Source of the DNA: an uncultured Eubacteriales bacterium
Lineage (GTDB): Bacteria; Pseudomonadota; Alphaproteobacteria; RF32; CAG-239
NCBI GenBank assembly: GCA_963632615.1
Contig: CAVGVF010000001.1
Location: 7,993 to 71,992 of the forward strand
Length of the DNA stretch: 64,000 nt
Direction: 5' to 3'
Position numbers and translations under genes: made by a program. The notes beneath the pieces were generated by a model that was given only the letters and a program-made list of their open reading frames with translations, was not told the origin of the DNA and made no database searches. Shown here piece by piece: positions 38,607 to 48,563 of this stretch. Within the stretch, counting starts at the first letter, position 1, and the number at the start of each line of letters is the position of its first letter.

Positions 38607-39668
38607 ATGAAAAACATTCTGATATACAGTCTTTTGGCCTATTTTGCTGTTAATGCTCCGGCGAACAGCCAAATGATAGATTTGTTCAATGACGATTCGC
38701 CTCAAGAAAATACTGCTTCCGCAGCAGAAACTGAAAAGGCAGAGCCGGATCCGGCCGAAAAAGCCGATGCAGCGCAACCGGAAACACCGCAGCAAAAAGA
38801 AAACGCTGCCGAAAAAGCCACCGACTACCTTGATGCTTATATTGACGATGTTGAAACCGAAAAAAAAGCCCAGAACACCGCTCGGGCATTGCTTAATCAA
38901 AAACCGACTATTTTGACTTTGCGTCAGAATGAAATAAAATCGCTGAAAAAATTAAAAGAAAAAACCGATAAACTCCAGTCCAAACAAACCCCCAAAGCCG
39001 CAGCCGAAAAAGAAAATAAAACAAAAGCGGAAGCAGAGGAAAATCCCGAGATAATTGCACAAAAAATAAAAGCCAAGCTCCAACCGGCGCCGTTCGGCCT
39101 CTATTGGGCGGCAACTGCTGATGAAACTAAAAAACTGGGCTTTGAACTGAATCCGGCCGAACGCAAAGACTATAAAAATGTATTCATTGTGAAAAACTCG
39201 CAGCAAAAAAATAACACTTTTCAACAAATCACAGCCATTTTCGGCGAACAAAACAAGCTTTGGTGCATTTATGCCCGGGGCAACCTGCTGGAAGATGATG
39301 CGCAGGCAAGCAAAGTGCTGGCTCTGTACCACCGCTATTATCAGGCTCTGTCGGCAAAATACGGCAATGCGCAGGAGCATTTTGAACCGTATACCTATGA
39401 AGAAGAATTGATTGAAGGCGAAGGAAATCAAAAAAAGATTTCGAAAATCACCAAACAAAATCCAATCGGCGGCGATAATTTTCTGCAAGAGCTGCAAGAA
39501 GGTAAAGCCGTTTTATACGCCACCTTCCAAAATGATGAAATAGGTGTAACTTTGGGAATTTCCGTTGACGGAAACGGAAAGAGCTATATCTCGATAGATT
39601 ATAAAGATTTTGCTTTAAGGGAAAGCGAACAGCAGGCCGTTTTAAGCAAAACCATAGAAGATTTATAA
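38607..39668 (+). CDS. secreted hypothetical protein with low-complexity E/K/A/P-rich N-terminal half
   Basis: 353 aa with signal peptide MKNILIYSLLAYFAVNAPANS. No motif recognised. Confidence 0.55.
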   Translation: MKNILIYSLLAYFAVNAPANSQMIDLFNDDSPQENTASAAETEKAEPDPAEKADAAQPETPQQKENAAEKATDYLDAYIDDVETEKKAQNTARALLNQKPTILTLRQNEIKSLKKLKEKTDKLQSKQTPKAAAEKENKTKAEAEENPEIIAQKIKAKLQPAPFGLYWAATADETKKLGFELNPAERKDYKNVFIVKNSQQKNNTFQQITAIFGEQNKLWCIYARGNLLEDDAQASKVLALYHRYYQALSAKYGNAQEHFEPYTYEEELIEGEGNQKKISKITKQNPIGGDNFLQELQEGKAVLYATFQNDEIGVTLGISVDGNGKSYISIDYKDFALRESEQQAVLSKTIEDL

Positions 39669-39687
39669 ATTATAAGGACGATTCAAA

Positions 39688-41049
39688 ATGAAAAAAGTAA
39701 GTTTTTGCGGAATTTCCGGCAGCGGCATGAGCCCATTGGCTCAAATTCTAAAACTTTCAGGCTATACGGTACAGGGGTCAGACCGCAATTTTGACTTAAA
39801 CCGCGATATTGAAAGCAAAAAAGCCCTAGAAGCATTGGGTATAAAAATATATCCGCAAGACGGCTCCGGCATTACCGAAGATTTGGATTTTGTCTGTGCC
39901 TCCACCGCCGTTGAAGACACTATTCCCGATATTAAAGCCGCCAAAGAAAAAAACATTGCCCTAAAAACCCGCCCGCAGCTGCTGAGTGAAATTTTTCACA
40001 GCTATAAATACGGTATTGCCGTTGGCGGAACGTCCGGCAAAACCACAACTGCCGCCATGGTCGGCTATATTTTGGATAAAGCCGGCAAAAAGCCCTGCCT
40101 TATTGACGGCGGCTTGCTGCACAATTATGAAAACCGCCCGGGAATTCCGAATATAATTTATAACCAAGGCGATATCTGCGTGGTTGAAGCCGATGAAAGC
40201 AACGGCAGCATTGATTTATACAATCCGTACATTTCGGTAATTAACAATATTTCGCATGACCATAAAAGCATTGCCGAATTGCAGCAGCTGTTTCAAAATT
40301 TGAGCAGCCGCACCAAACATGCCGTCGTGGTTAATGATGACTATGAAACCTGCCGCACAATCACTCATCCGCATAAAATAACTTTTTCTCTGCAAAATCC
40401 GCAGGCTGATTTTTATGCCGAAAATATCAAAGCCTTGCCGCACGGCACCGCTTACGATTTGGGCGGAAAAACTTTTACTTTGAAGCTCATCGGGCATTTT
40501 AATGTCGCCAATGCGCTGGCAGCCATTGCTGCCTGCAATGCTATGGGTGTAGATAAATATGCAGCCGCCGGAATTTTAGAGAACTTCAGCGGAACCAAGC
40601 GCCGTTTGGATGTCATCGGACAGAAAAACGGTATCACGGTTATTGATGATTTTGCCCACAATCCGGATAAAATAACGGCTTCGGTCAGTGCCTTGCGCCA
40701 ATATTCCGGACGTTTGCTGATTATGTTTCAGCCGCATGGCTTTTCGCCGATGCGTTCTATGGGCAAAGAAATCATTGAAAGCTTTATTAAAAATATGCTG
40801 CCAGAAGATGTTTTGATTATGCCGGAAATTTTCTTTGTCGGCGGCACTGTAACCAAAGATATTTCTTCGGCTGATTTAATTGACTATGCGCATAAGCTGG
40901 GTAAACAGAATGCTTATTTTGCCGCCGATAAAAAAACAGCTGCCGAGCTGTTGCTGAAAGAAGCAAAATCCGGCGACAGAATTGTGATTATGGGCGCCCG
41001 CGATAACTCTTTAACTGATTTATGCAAACAGATTTTAGAAAGATTATAG
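39688..41049 (+). CDS. Mur ligase family protein (MurC/Mpl-like)
   Basis: 453 aa. It has a GISGSGMS N-terminal Rossmann loop, a P-loop (GGTSGKTTT) and the DDFAHNP string. The adjacent LD-carboxypeptidase suggests a recycling (Mpl-like) role. Confidence 0.75.
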   Translation: MKKVSFCGISGSGMSPLAQILKLSGYTVQGSDRNFDLNRDIESKKALEALGIKIYPQDGSGITEDLDFVCASTAVEDTIPDIKAAKEKNIALKTRPQLLSEIFHSYKYGIAVGGTSGKTTTAAMVGYILDKAGKKPCLIDGGLLHNYENRPGIPNIIYNQGDICVVEADESNGSIDLYNPYISVINNISHDHKSIAELQQLFQNLSSRTKHAVVVNDDYETCRTITHPHKITFSLQNPQADFYAENIKALPHGTAYDLGGKTFTLKLIGHFNVANALAAIAACNAMGVDKYAAAGILENFSGTKRRLDVIGQKNGITVIDDFAHNPDKITASVSALRQYSGRLLIMFQPHGFSPMRSMGKEIIESFIKNMLPEDVLIMPEIFFVGGTVTKDISSADLIDYAHKLGKQNAYFAADKKTAAELLLKEAKSGDRIVIMGARDNSLTDLCKQILERL

Positions 41050-41052
41050 GCT

Positions 41053-41943
41053 ATGGAAAAACTTTGCAAAGGCGATAAAATTGCTTTAATTGCCCCATCG
41101 GCGCAAATCGGCGGTATTTCAAAAATTCAAAAAGGCTTGGATTTTTTGCAATCGCTGGGGTTTGAACCGGTTTTTGCCCCACATCTTTATAATGTGCGCC
41201 GCTATATGGCCGGCACAGACCGAGAACGGGCTGCAGATGTTAATTGGGCTTTTGCACAGCCGGAAATCAAAGCTGTCTTTTGTGTGAGAGCAGCAGCCGG
41301 AGCGGCGCGGATTTTGCCTTATATTGACTATGAGCTGATTAAGCAAAATCCTAAGCCGTTAATCGGTTTTTGCGACAATGCCGCGTTAATGCTGGCGCTT
41401 AATAAAAAATCCGGCACTGTCAGCTGGAACGGCTTTCTGCCGACATACGATTTTAGAGATGATACTCTGAACCCGCTGGTTGAAAGCAGCCTTAAGCAGC
41501 TGATTTCCGGCGAGCCGCAGAAGATTGTTTCCGGCAGCACGCTGCGGGTCGGCAAAGCGGAAGGCACTTTTTTATGCAGCAATCTGAGCGTGCTGATGAA
41601 ACTTGCCGGTACACCGTATTTTCCGGATTTACGCGGCAAGATTTTGCTGATTGAAGATGTGCACGAACGCCTGCATAAAATAGATTTAATGCTGCAGCAA
41701 CTGAAACAGCAGCCGTATTTTGCGGAGCTGAAAGGGCTTATTTTCGGACACTTTACGGATTGCAGCGGAGATGAAGAAGACGGAACTTTGGATGATTGTC
41801 TTGCCGACTTTTTATATGAAACAGACTTTCCGTGCGTCAAAGATTTTGAGTTTGGACACACTCCGGCGCGTTATGTTTTGCCGCTGGGAGCCAAAACAAA
41901 GTTTGATGCGGATAAGGCTTGTTTAGAAATTGTCAGTTATTAA
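41053..41943 (+). CDS. LD-carboxypeptidase (S66 family, LdcA-like)
   Basis: 296 aa with typical S66 strings: IALIAPS, GTDRERAADVNWAF, GFCDNAAL and FGHT. Confidence 0.8.
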   Translation: MEKLCKGDKIALIAPSAQIGGISKIQKGLDFLQSLGFEPVFAPHLYNVRRYMAGTDRERAADVNWAFAQPEIKAVFCVRAAAGAARILPYIDYELIKQNPKPLIGFCDNAALMLALNKKSGTVSWNGFLPTYDFRDDTLNPLVESSLKQLISGEPQKIVSGSTLRVGKAEGTFLCSNLSVLMKLAGTPYFPDLRGKILLIEDVHERLHKIDLMLQQLKQQPYFAELKGLIFGHFTDCSGDEEDGTLDDCLADFLYETDFPCVKDFEFGHTPARYVLPLGAKTKFDADKACLEIVSY

Positions 41944-42606
41944 GCTGTAAATTTTTTCGGCATATTCAAAATTCAATTTATTTACCAGCTGCCAAAAGAT
42001 ATAAACTCCGGCCCAAGATTTGCTGGCAAAAGCTAACACCATGCCGTTGCTGAATAAGTTGGCTCCGATAATTACCATACCGGAAAAAACAAATCCTTCT
42101 TTGCTCAAATCGGTCTGCTGCGGATGAACCTGCGTCAAAACCACCAGCCAGTGATACGCCAAAAAATAGCCGAGTATGGCATAAATCAGCCAATTATCGT
42201 CCGTAACCGCTTGCAAATACGGCATAATAAGCATATACACAAAGGCAAAAAGCGGAAAAAAGTACGGCGACAGTGAAATCAGCCAATTGCCGCGCCCGTT
42301 CAGCTGCATGGAACCGCCGCTCTCATCCGGATTTAAGCGGATTCGTCCGGCATAGTGCAAAGTCAAATAAGCAAAAAACGTATGTGTCAGCTCGTGTGAA
42401 ATAACCTGCATGGCATTGCGGGTGCTGTAGCTTGATAAAAAAATTGTAATCCAAAAGAAAATAAAACCGGCGCCGACTACCAAAAATTTGAACGTATAAA
42501 AATCAAAATAATGATAAACATTCAGCAAAGCTGGTACTGAAAGCAGCAAATAAAATGCCGCCGGCCACCGCAGAATATTTATAATAAAATCCGTTATTTT
42601 ATGCAT
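41923..42606 (-). CDS. polytopic membrane protein with HExxH motif (putative zincin, DUF3267-like)
   Basis: 227 aa with about 6 TM helices. It carries SHELTHTFFAY. Confidence 0.55.
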   Translation of the reverse strand: MHKITDFIINILRWPAAFYLLLSVPALLNVYHYFDFYTFKFLVVGAGFIFFWITIFLSSYSTRNAMQVISHELTHTFFAYLTLHYAGRIRLNPDESGGSMQLNGRGNWLISLSPYFFPLFAFVYMLIMPYLQAVTDDNWLIYAILGYFLAYHWLVVLTQVHPQQTDLSKEGFVFSGMVIIGANLFSNGMVLAFASKSWAGVYIFWQLVNKLNFEYAEKIYSLITDNF

Positions 42607-42682
42607 TTTTTCCTCAAATTTTAGATAAATTTTAACTTCAATATCCTAAAATAGGCTTAACAATAATAGAAAGGACATAAAA

Positions 42683-42976
42683 ATGCCTGATTTTAATACT
42701 TTTGACTTTATGGTTACCGATGAAAATGATGTTATGCTGCTGCTTTATGCACGTGAAACCGCGCCGGAAAACCCGACAGTCCGGCTCAATAATGATGAAC
42801 ACAGCATCATCTTGACCCGCAACCAAGAAGACGTTTTAACTCTGGAAAATGTTGAAGACGAAATTTTTGACAATCTGCAGGATGACACAACATTGCTGGT
42901 TTGTGAAATTGAACCTTCCGATAATGAAGAAGATGCTGAAATCGTCTATACTTACGAAGCTGAAATTGTCGAATAG
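42683..42976 (+). CDS. small acidic hypothetical protein
   Basis: 97 aa and strongly D/E-rich. A plausible RBS region (AAAGGA) lies upstream. Confidence 0.5.
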   Translation: MPDFNTFDFMVTDENDVMLLLYARETAPENPTVRLNNDEHSIILTRNQEDVLTLENVEDEIFDNLQDDTTLLVCEIEPSDNEEDAEIVYTYEAEIVE

Positions 42977-43062
42977 TTAAATATACATACCTGAAAGTAT
43001 ATTTATTTTCTTGAATTATCGCCTGAAACAGACTATTATTTATGTTTGTGGAGGAATAAAAA

Positions 43063-43446
43063 ATGCGTAAAGCTTTATTTTTAACTTTATTGGCAATACT
43101 CTGCGCGCATACTGCTGCCGCAGACACAATTATAATAATGGATGACAATAATAACATTAAGCAGCAAATATATACCCTGCCTAATACCGCCGTGCAAACA
43201 GCACCTGCTGTTCAAACTGTAGTGCAGCCGCAGCCGGTTTATGTTACGGGAGCTCCTTTGCCGCCGCAGCAGGTGATTGTTACCCGTCCGGTTCCGCCGG
43301 TTGTGGTAGTCAGAGAAACACCTGCTCCGCGCAATTATTACTATGATTCAGCTGCAACTGCAGCCGTAGCCGGTTTTACCGGAGCGCTGGTCGGCAGCGT
43401 TATCTTCGGCGGCGGCCCTCATCACCACCATCATCATCGAAGATAA
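43063..43446 (+). CDS. small secreted/anchored P,V,Q-rich protein ending in a natural His6 tract
   Basis: A signal peptide is followed by a PVQ-rich segment, a Gly-rich hydrophobic segment (AAVAGFTGALVGSVIFGGG) and a C-terminal PHHHHHHRR. A terminator follows. Confidence 0.6.
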   Translation: MRKALFLTLLAILCAHTAAADTIIIMDDNNNIKQQIYTLPNTAVQTAPAVQTVVQPQPVYVTGAPLPPQQVIVTRPVPPVVVVRETPAPRNYYYDSAATAAVAGFTGALVGSVIFGGGPHHHHHHRR

Positions 43447-43472
43447 CTTTAAAGAGGCTCTGCGGCCTCTTT

Positions 43473-44585
43473 TTATAATTTAAAATACAGAACAAGCTGA
43501 CAAGCTCTGTCCGAATTACATTTTTTGCAAAAATCATGAATTTCATTTGGCTTGGCTGAACCGATTTTTATTGTTTTAGCGTTATAACCGCCGAAACTGT
43601 CATCGCTGCCGCGGCTTTGCACTTGTCTGATATATGGCGAAACTGCCTGCGCTTGTTCTAAAAATGTCACACAATATTGCTGCTTTAGACGGCTTGATTT
43701 TTCTGCTGAAAAAATATCAAAAATCAAAAGATATTCCAAGGCTGAATATTTTATTCCGGCTTCATCGCTCCACTTGCTTTCGGTAAAATAAACATAGATA
43801 AGATTATCGGCAAAATCTTTAACATGATATAAACCGGCTTTTTTCATGCCGTCAGGGATTACTCCCATAGCGTCCATAATATCCGCTGTCGGCACAGCTT
43901 TCTTTGTCGTATTATATTCACGCAGAAAATCATCTTTTAAATTAACGCACTGTAAAAAAAATTCAGCTAATTGCTCTTTTTGCCGGCTGATTTTCCACAT
44001 TTCCATGGCCTTAGAATAACCGGCAATTCCGCCAACAGAAAGCACGGCGATAATGGCCAGCACGCCCAGCATTTCAATCATTGACCGGCCAGATTGCAAC
44101 ATACTCTTATAGTCATCCTTGGCTTTGAGCGTCAGCTCATTCGCCGAGCATCCAGGATGGTATATCCGCTTAAAAAACTGGTAACAAACACTAAGCCTTT
44201 GTCTTTTACCGTCATTGCCGGACGTGACGCACAGTCCGTTCCGGCAATCTTGGCTCAACATACTCCTTTTGAATAATAAGGCTAATTTATTGACTAGGTT
44301 AGTCACTTGTTGCACCAAGATCCTAGGCACAAGGCCTAGGATGACTGGTGTAAAAAAACGATAAGCTATACTGTTTCCTACTTTTAATAATATTGCCATA
44401 AAAGTCCTGGATTCTCCGGACAGTTCACTTCGTTCACGCCGAAGAATGACGTTGTGAGCAGAGGAGAATAAACGCAAGTATATACCGACTGTTTGTTCTC
44501 TAGTACCCCTCACCCGGAGCGGGGCTCCGACCTCTCCCGCACAGGGCGAGGTTTTAATTTTATTTTTCAAATTTTTTAATATCAT
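43473..44585 (-). CDS. prepilin-type N-terminal cleavage/methylation domain protein (pilin-like A); start uncertain
   Basis: The class III signal (QSG|RSMIEMLGVLAIIAVLSVGG, Glu at +5) begins at codon 162 (ATG 44102). The long ORF runs from ATG 44585, which has AGGAAG 6 nt upstream, and stays in frame. Cys pairs lie in the C-terminal half. Confidence 0.75.
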   Translation of the reverse strand: MILKNLKNKIKTSPCAGEVGAPLRVRGTREQTVGIYLRLFSSAHNVILRRERSELSGESRTFMAILLKVGNSIAYRFFTPVILGLVPRILVQQVTNLVNKLALLFKRSMLSQDCRNGLCVTSGNDGKRQRLSVCYQFFKRIYHPGCSANELTLKAKDDYKSMLQSGRSMIEMLGVLAIIAVLSVGGIAGYSKAMEMWKISRQKEQLAEFFLQCVNLKDDFLREYNTTKKAVPTADIMDAMGVIPDGMKKAGLYHVKDFADNLIYVYFTESKWSDEAGIKYSALEYLLIFDIFSAEKSSRLKQQYCVTFLEQAQAVSPYIRQVQSRGSDDSFGGYNAKTIKIGSAKPNEIHDFCKKCNSDRACQLVLYFKL

Positions 44586-44827
44586 TACAACTTCCTATCA
44601 TTTTGAAATCACAACAAAAAAGCCGCTTAAAAAAAGCAGCTGGAAGTTGGTAACCACAACTAGATGGTGCAGTATATTGCATAATATATTTTACTGCCTT
44701 CCAGCCAAAACCAGAAAGCATGCAAAATTATCGTCTTTACACAAGACGCTAGTTGAGGGGTTACCACACCCCGAACAGGCTATTGCCTGTCTGTTTTCAA
44801 ACTAAACGGATATACTGAAAATGTAAA
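44103..44827 (-). promoter_or_regulatory. conserved structured leader, copy A (homologous to 55737..56458)
   Basis: It has -35/-10-like boxes (TTTACA/TAGTTT, 17-nt spacer), hairpins that covary with copy B, a terminator and an anti-SD/SD arrangement. A 47-nt block (44405-44451) is identical to 56116-56162. Confidence 0.6.
44615..44640 (-). terminator. intrinsic terminator/attenuator inside leader A
   Basis: On the minus strand, GCTGCTT/AAGCGGC stem followed by TTTTTTGTTGT. It is positionally equivalent to 55928-55954, with a different stem sequence. Confidence 0.6.
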
Positions 44828-44830
44828 GCA

Positions 44831-44866
44831 CAAAAATGAAAAGCGGAGTTAAATTAACTCCGCTTC
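44831..44866 (-). terminator. rho-independent terminator of the PPIase gene
   Basis: On the minus strand, AAGCGGAGTTAA/TTAACTCCGCTT stem followed by TTCATTTTT. Confidence 0.75.
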
Positions 44867-44889
44867 ATAGTGCAAATTATCAAAAAAGA

Positions 44890-45729
44890 CTATTTCTTTT
44901 CTTCATCAACAATCTTTTTGCCTTTTAAGTCAAATTTTTCAATTTGCGCATTTTGATGCAATTCAGCAACAATTTGACCTACAGCCTGCTGAGACAGATT
45001 GCCTTTAATTTGTTCGGCCACAGCTTCAAAAGCCAGCGGCTTAGAATCTCTGATATCTTCAACCAAAATTACATGGTATCCAAATTCGGTTTTTACAGGT
45101 TTCTGCGAGAAAGTACCTTTTTTCATGGCAAAGGCAGCTTCCGAAAATTCCGGAACCATAGCTTCAGCCGTAAAATAGCCCAAATCAGCCTGATCTTTAG
45201 AATACTGTTTAGCCAAATCATCAAACTTTGCAGATTTTTTATTCAATTTTTCAATAATTTCTTTAGCCAAATCTTCGGTATCAACTAAAATATGCTTAGC
45301 TTTTACTTCTTTTTCGCTCTTGAAATTGGCAACATATTCGTCATAAACTTTTTTAACTTCTTCATCGGTTACTTTCTTAGTTAATTGCTGGTCAATATAA
45401 ACTTTGCGGGCTAAATCATCCTGCATGGCGGCCAATTCTTTCTGATATTCGGCCGATGCCTGAACATTAGCGGCTGTAGCGGCCTGCAAAGCCAATTTGC
45501 TGTTAATCATAACTTCCAAAGCACGGTTATAAAATTCTTCAAAAGAAACCTGCGTTTTGATTTGCGGTGTTTCATCATAAGCTTCTTTGATTTCGGCAAC
45601 GGTAATTTGTTCGCCGTTTACAACAGCGGCAACACCGTTATTTCTTTCGGCATATACTTTATAAGTAAAAGCGCCTGCCAACAAAACCACAACTGCTGCG
45701 GTTGCGGCAAAAACATATTTTTTTTGCAT
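44890..45729 (-). CDS. parvulin-type peptidyl-prolyl cis-trans isomerase (SurA/PpiD-like, membrane anchored)
   Basis: 279 aa with an N-terminal anchor. The PpiC domain strings are KAKHILV, LGYF and GYHVILVED. The gene is divergent from secA. Confidence 0.8.
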   Translation of the reverse strand: MQKKYVFAATAAVVVLLAGAFTYKVYAERNNGVAAVVNGEQITVAEIKEAYDETPQIKTQVSFEEFYNRALEVMINSKLALQAATAANVQASAEYQKELAAMQDDLARKVYIDQQLTKKVTDEEVKKVYDEYVANFKSEKEVKAKHILVDTEDLAKEIIEKLNKKSAKFDDLAKQYSKDQADLGYFTAEAMVPEFSEAAFAMKKGTFSQKPVKTEFGYHVILVEDIRDSKPLAFEAVAEQIKGNLSQQAVGQIVAELHQNAQIEKFDLKGKKIVDEEKK

Positions 45730-45890
45730 AAATTCCTCCTAAAATAAACAAATCGTTAATATCATATATACAATATAAATAAAATTCAAAGGATTTTTTC
45801 GCAATGGTTTATAACTTTTGCTCTGGCTCTTGACTTTATAATATAATCAAACTAAATGTATTTTGAAACAATATATTATAAGGAACTTCT

Positions 45891-48560
45891 ATGTTAGGAA
45901 AAATTGCCCGTAAAGTTTTTGGCAGCGCCAATGACCGCTTTGTAAAAAAATTATATAAAACTGTAAATAAAATCAATGCGCTGGAGCCTGATTTTATCAA
46001 ATTATCCGATGAAGAGCTGAAAGCTAAAACCGATGAATACCGCACCCGCCTGAAAAACGGCGAAACTTTGGACGATATTCTGCCGGAAGCTTTTGCCACG
46101 GTGCGCGAAGCCTCTAAACGTGTTATGGGACAGCGTCACTATGATGTGCAGCTGATCGGCGGTATTGTTTTGCACAAAGGCATGATTGCCGAAATGAAAA
46201 CCGGCGAAGGCAAAACTTTGGTGGCAACCTTGGCGGCCTATTTGAATGCCTTGGAAGGCAAAGGCGTGCATGTTGTTACCGTAAACGACTACCTGGCAAA
46301 ACGCGATGCTGAATGGATGGGCAAAATTTACCGTTTCTTAGGCTTGACCGTAGACTATATTATTCACGGCAAAAATGACAACGAGCGCCGGATAGCCTAT
46401 AATTCCGATATTGTTTATGCTACCAATAACGAACTGGGGTTTGATTATCTGCGCGACAATATGAAGTTCAGCTTATATGAAAGAGTACAGCGAGATTTCA
46501 ACTTTGCGATTGTCGATGAAGTTGATTCTATTTTGATTGATGAGGCCAGAACCCCGTTGATTATTTCCGGCGAAGCCGAAGATTCATCGGCTACTTACAT
46601 AAGTGTTTCCAATTTAATGCCGCAGCTGCTGCCGGAAGATTATGAAAAAGATGAAAAGCAAAAGAATGTTACCCTGACCGAAGCCGGTATGGAGCATGTT
46701 GAAAAACTGCTGCGCGAAGCCGGACTTATTAAAGAAGGCTCTTTGTATGATATCGGCAATGTCGGCTTGGTTCAACACGTAAACAACGCTCTGCGCGCGC
46801 ATAAAATGTTCCAAAAAGATGTTGATTATATTGTCAAAGACGGCAAAGTCGTAATTGTGGATGAATTTACCGGCCGTATTATGGAAGGACGCCGTTTCAG
46901 CGATGGCCTGCATCAAGCCCTGGAAGCTAAAGAAGGCGTAAAAATTCAGTCAGAAAATCAAACCTTGGCTTCTATCACATTCCAAAACTACTTCCGTTTA
47001 TATCCGAAACTTTCCGGTATGACCGGTACGGCTATGACCGAAGAAACCGAATTCTGCGATATTTATAATTTGGTTTGCGTGGAAATTCCGACAAACAAAC
47101 CGGTGCAGCGCGAAGATCTGCATGATGAAATTTATCGTACGGAAGGCGAAAAATACCGTGCGATTATTAACACTATTTTAGACTGCCACCGCCGCGGACA
47201 GCCGGTTTTGGTTGGTACAACTTCTGTGGAAAAATCAGAAATTGTGGCAAATTTATTGCACAAAGCCGCTCCGGATTTGCATTTTGAAGTCTTAAATGCC
47301 CGCTATCATGAACGCGAAGCCGCTATCGTGGCTCAAGCCGGTGTTTCCGGCGCCGTAACCATTGCCACCAATATGGCAGGCCGCGGTACGGATATTCAGC
47401 TGGGCGGCAATCCGGAAATGAAATTGCAGGAAACTCTGAAAGGCGATGAAACTCCGGAACAAATTGCCGAAATTAAAAAGAAAATCGAAGCTGAAGTTGC
47501 TGCCGACAAGGAAAAAGTTTTGGCTGCCGGCGGTTTATACATTCTCGGCACCGAACGCCATGAAAGCCGCCGTATTGATAATCAGCTGCGCGGACGTGCC
47601 GGACGTCAAGGCGACCCGGGAACTTCCAAATTTTTCCTGTCTATGCAGGATGATTTGATGCGTATTTTTGGTTCCGAAAAAATGTCTAATGTTCTGCAGC
47701 GTCTGGGCTTACCTGAAGGAGAAGCTTTGGTTCACCCTTGGATTAGCAAAGCTTTGGAAAAAGCTCAGCAAAAGGTGGAAGAACGCAACTTTGACATCCG
47801 TAAAAATTTGCTTAAATATGACAATGTTATGAATGAACAGCGCAAAATCATTTATGAACAGCGCCGCGAAATTATGGAAAGCGATGACTTATCAGATACC
47901 ATAAAAGATATGCGCGATGAATATTTGAGCGGAATAATTGATGCCCATGTTCCATACGGCACAGGTGCTTCCGAATGGGATAAAGAGAGTTTGAAACAAG
48001 ATTTGTCAGCTGCTACCGGCTTTGTATTGCCGATTACCAACTGGTGCAACGAGCCTGAACTTGACAGCGAAGGTTTAAAAGAGCGCATTTTACAGGAAGT
48101 TGATAACCGTATGGCCGAACGAGAAGCTTCATTACCGGCCGATGCCGTAAAAATGGTGCAGAAAAGCATCTTCCTGCAAGTTCTCGACCAACTGTGGAAA
48201 GACCATATTGCAACTTTGGATTTGATGCGCCACACTATTGTTCTGCGTGCTTACGGACAAAAAGACCCGCTGAATGAATACAAAAAAGAAGCCTTTAATA
48301 TGTTCTCACGCATGCTGGATATTTTAAAGCAGAGAGTAACCGTAGTTATCTGCCACACCGTTATTCAAACGGATTCGCAGGAACAGATGCAAAAGGCTAT
48401 GGATAAGGAACAAAACCGTCCGATGTCGGCTGTTCATGAAGGCGATGAACCGCTTAAAAAGCTTGATCCATCAATGTTTGAAGGCGTTTCAAGAAACGAT
48501 CCTTGCCCTTGCGGCAGCGGTAAAAAGTTTAAACATTGCCACGGCAGAATTGCGGAATAA
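45891..48560 (+). CDS. secA: preprotein translocase ATPase SecA
   Basis: 889 aa. It has MKTGEGKT (Walker A), [28 protein letters not shown] and a C-terminal zinc motif ([14 protein letters not shown]). Confidence 0.97.
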   Translation: MLGKIARKVFGSANDRFVKKLYKTVNKINALEPDFIKLSDEELKAKTDEYRTRLKNGETLDDILPEAFATVREASKRVMGQRHYDVQLIGGIVLHKGMIAEMKTGEGKTLVATLAAYLNALEGKGVHVVTVNDYLAKRDAEWMGKIYRFLGLTVDYIIHGKNDNERRIAYNSDIVYATNNELGFDYLRDNMKFSLYERVQRDFNFAIVDEVDSILIDEARTPLIISGEAEDSSATYISVSNLMPQLLPEDYEKDEKQKNVTLTEAGMEHVEKLLREAGLIKEGSLYDIGNVGLVQHVNNALRAHKMFQKDVDYIVKDGKVVIVDEFTGRIMEGRRFSDGLHQALEAKEGVKIQSENQTLASITFQNYFRLYPKLSGMTGTAMTEETEFCDIYNLVCVEIPTNKPVQREDLHDEIYRTEGEKYRAIINTILDCHRRGQPVLVGTTSVEKSEIVANLLHKAAPDLHFEVLNARYHEREAAIVAQAGVSGAVTIATNMAGRGTDIQLGGNPEMKLQETLKGDETPEQIAEIKKKIEAEVAADKEKVLAAGGLYILGTERHESRRIDNQLRGRAGRQGDPGTSKFFLSMQDDLMRIFGSEKMSNVLQRLGLPEGEALVHPWISKALEKAQQKVEERNFDIRKNLLKYDNVMNEQRKIIYEQRREIMESDDLSDTIKDMRDEYLSGIIDAHVPYGTGASEWDKESLKQDLSAATGFVLPITNWCNEPELDSEGLKERILQEVDNRMAEREASLPADAVKMVQKSIFLQVLDQLWKDHIATLDLMRHTIVLRAYGQKDPLNEYKKEAFNMFSRMLDILKQRVTVVICHTVIQTDSQEQMQKAMDKEQNRPMSAVHEGDEPLKKLDPSMFEGVSRNDPCPCGSGKKFKHCHGRIAE

Positions 48561-48563
48561 TCG

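Noticed and set aside
38538-38900. 120-aa minus-strand ORF and other ORFs overlapping 38607..39668
   Set aside because: They are antisense or off-frame shadows of the low-complexity E/K/A/P-rich coding region. Their composition is Cys/Phe/Arg-rich and unlike real proteins.
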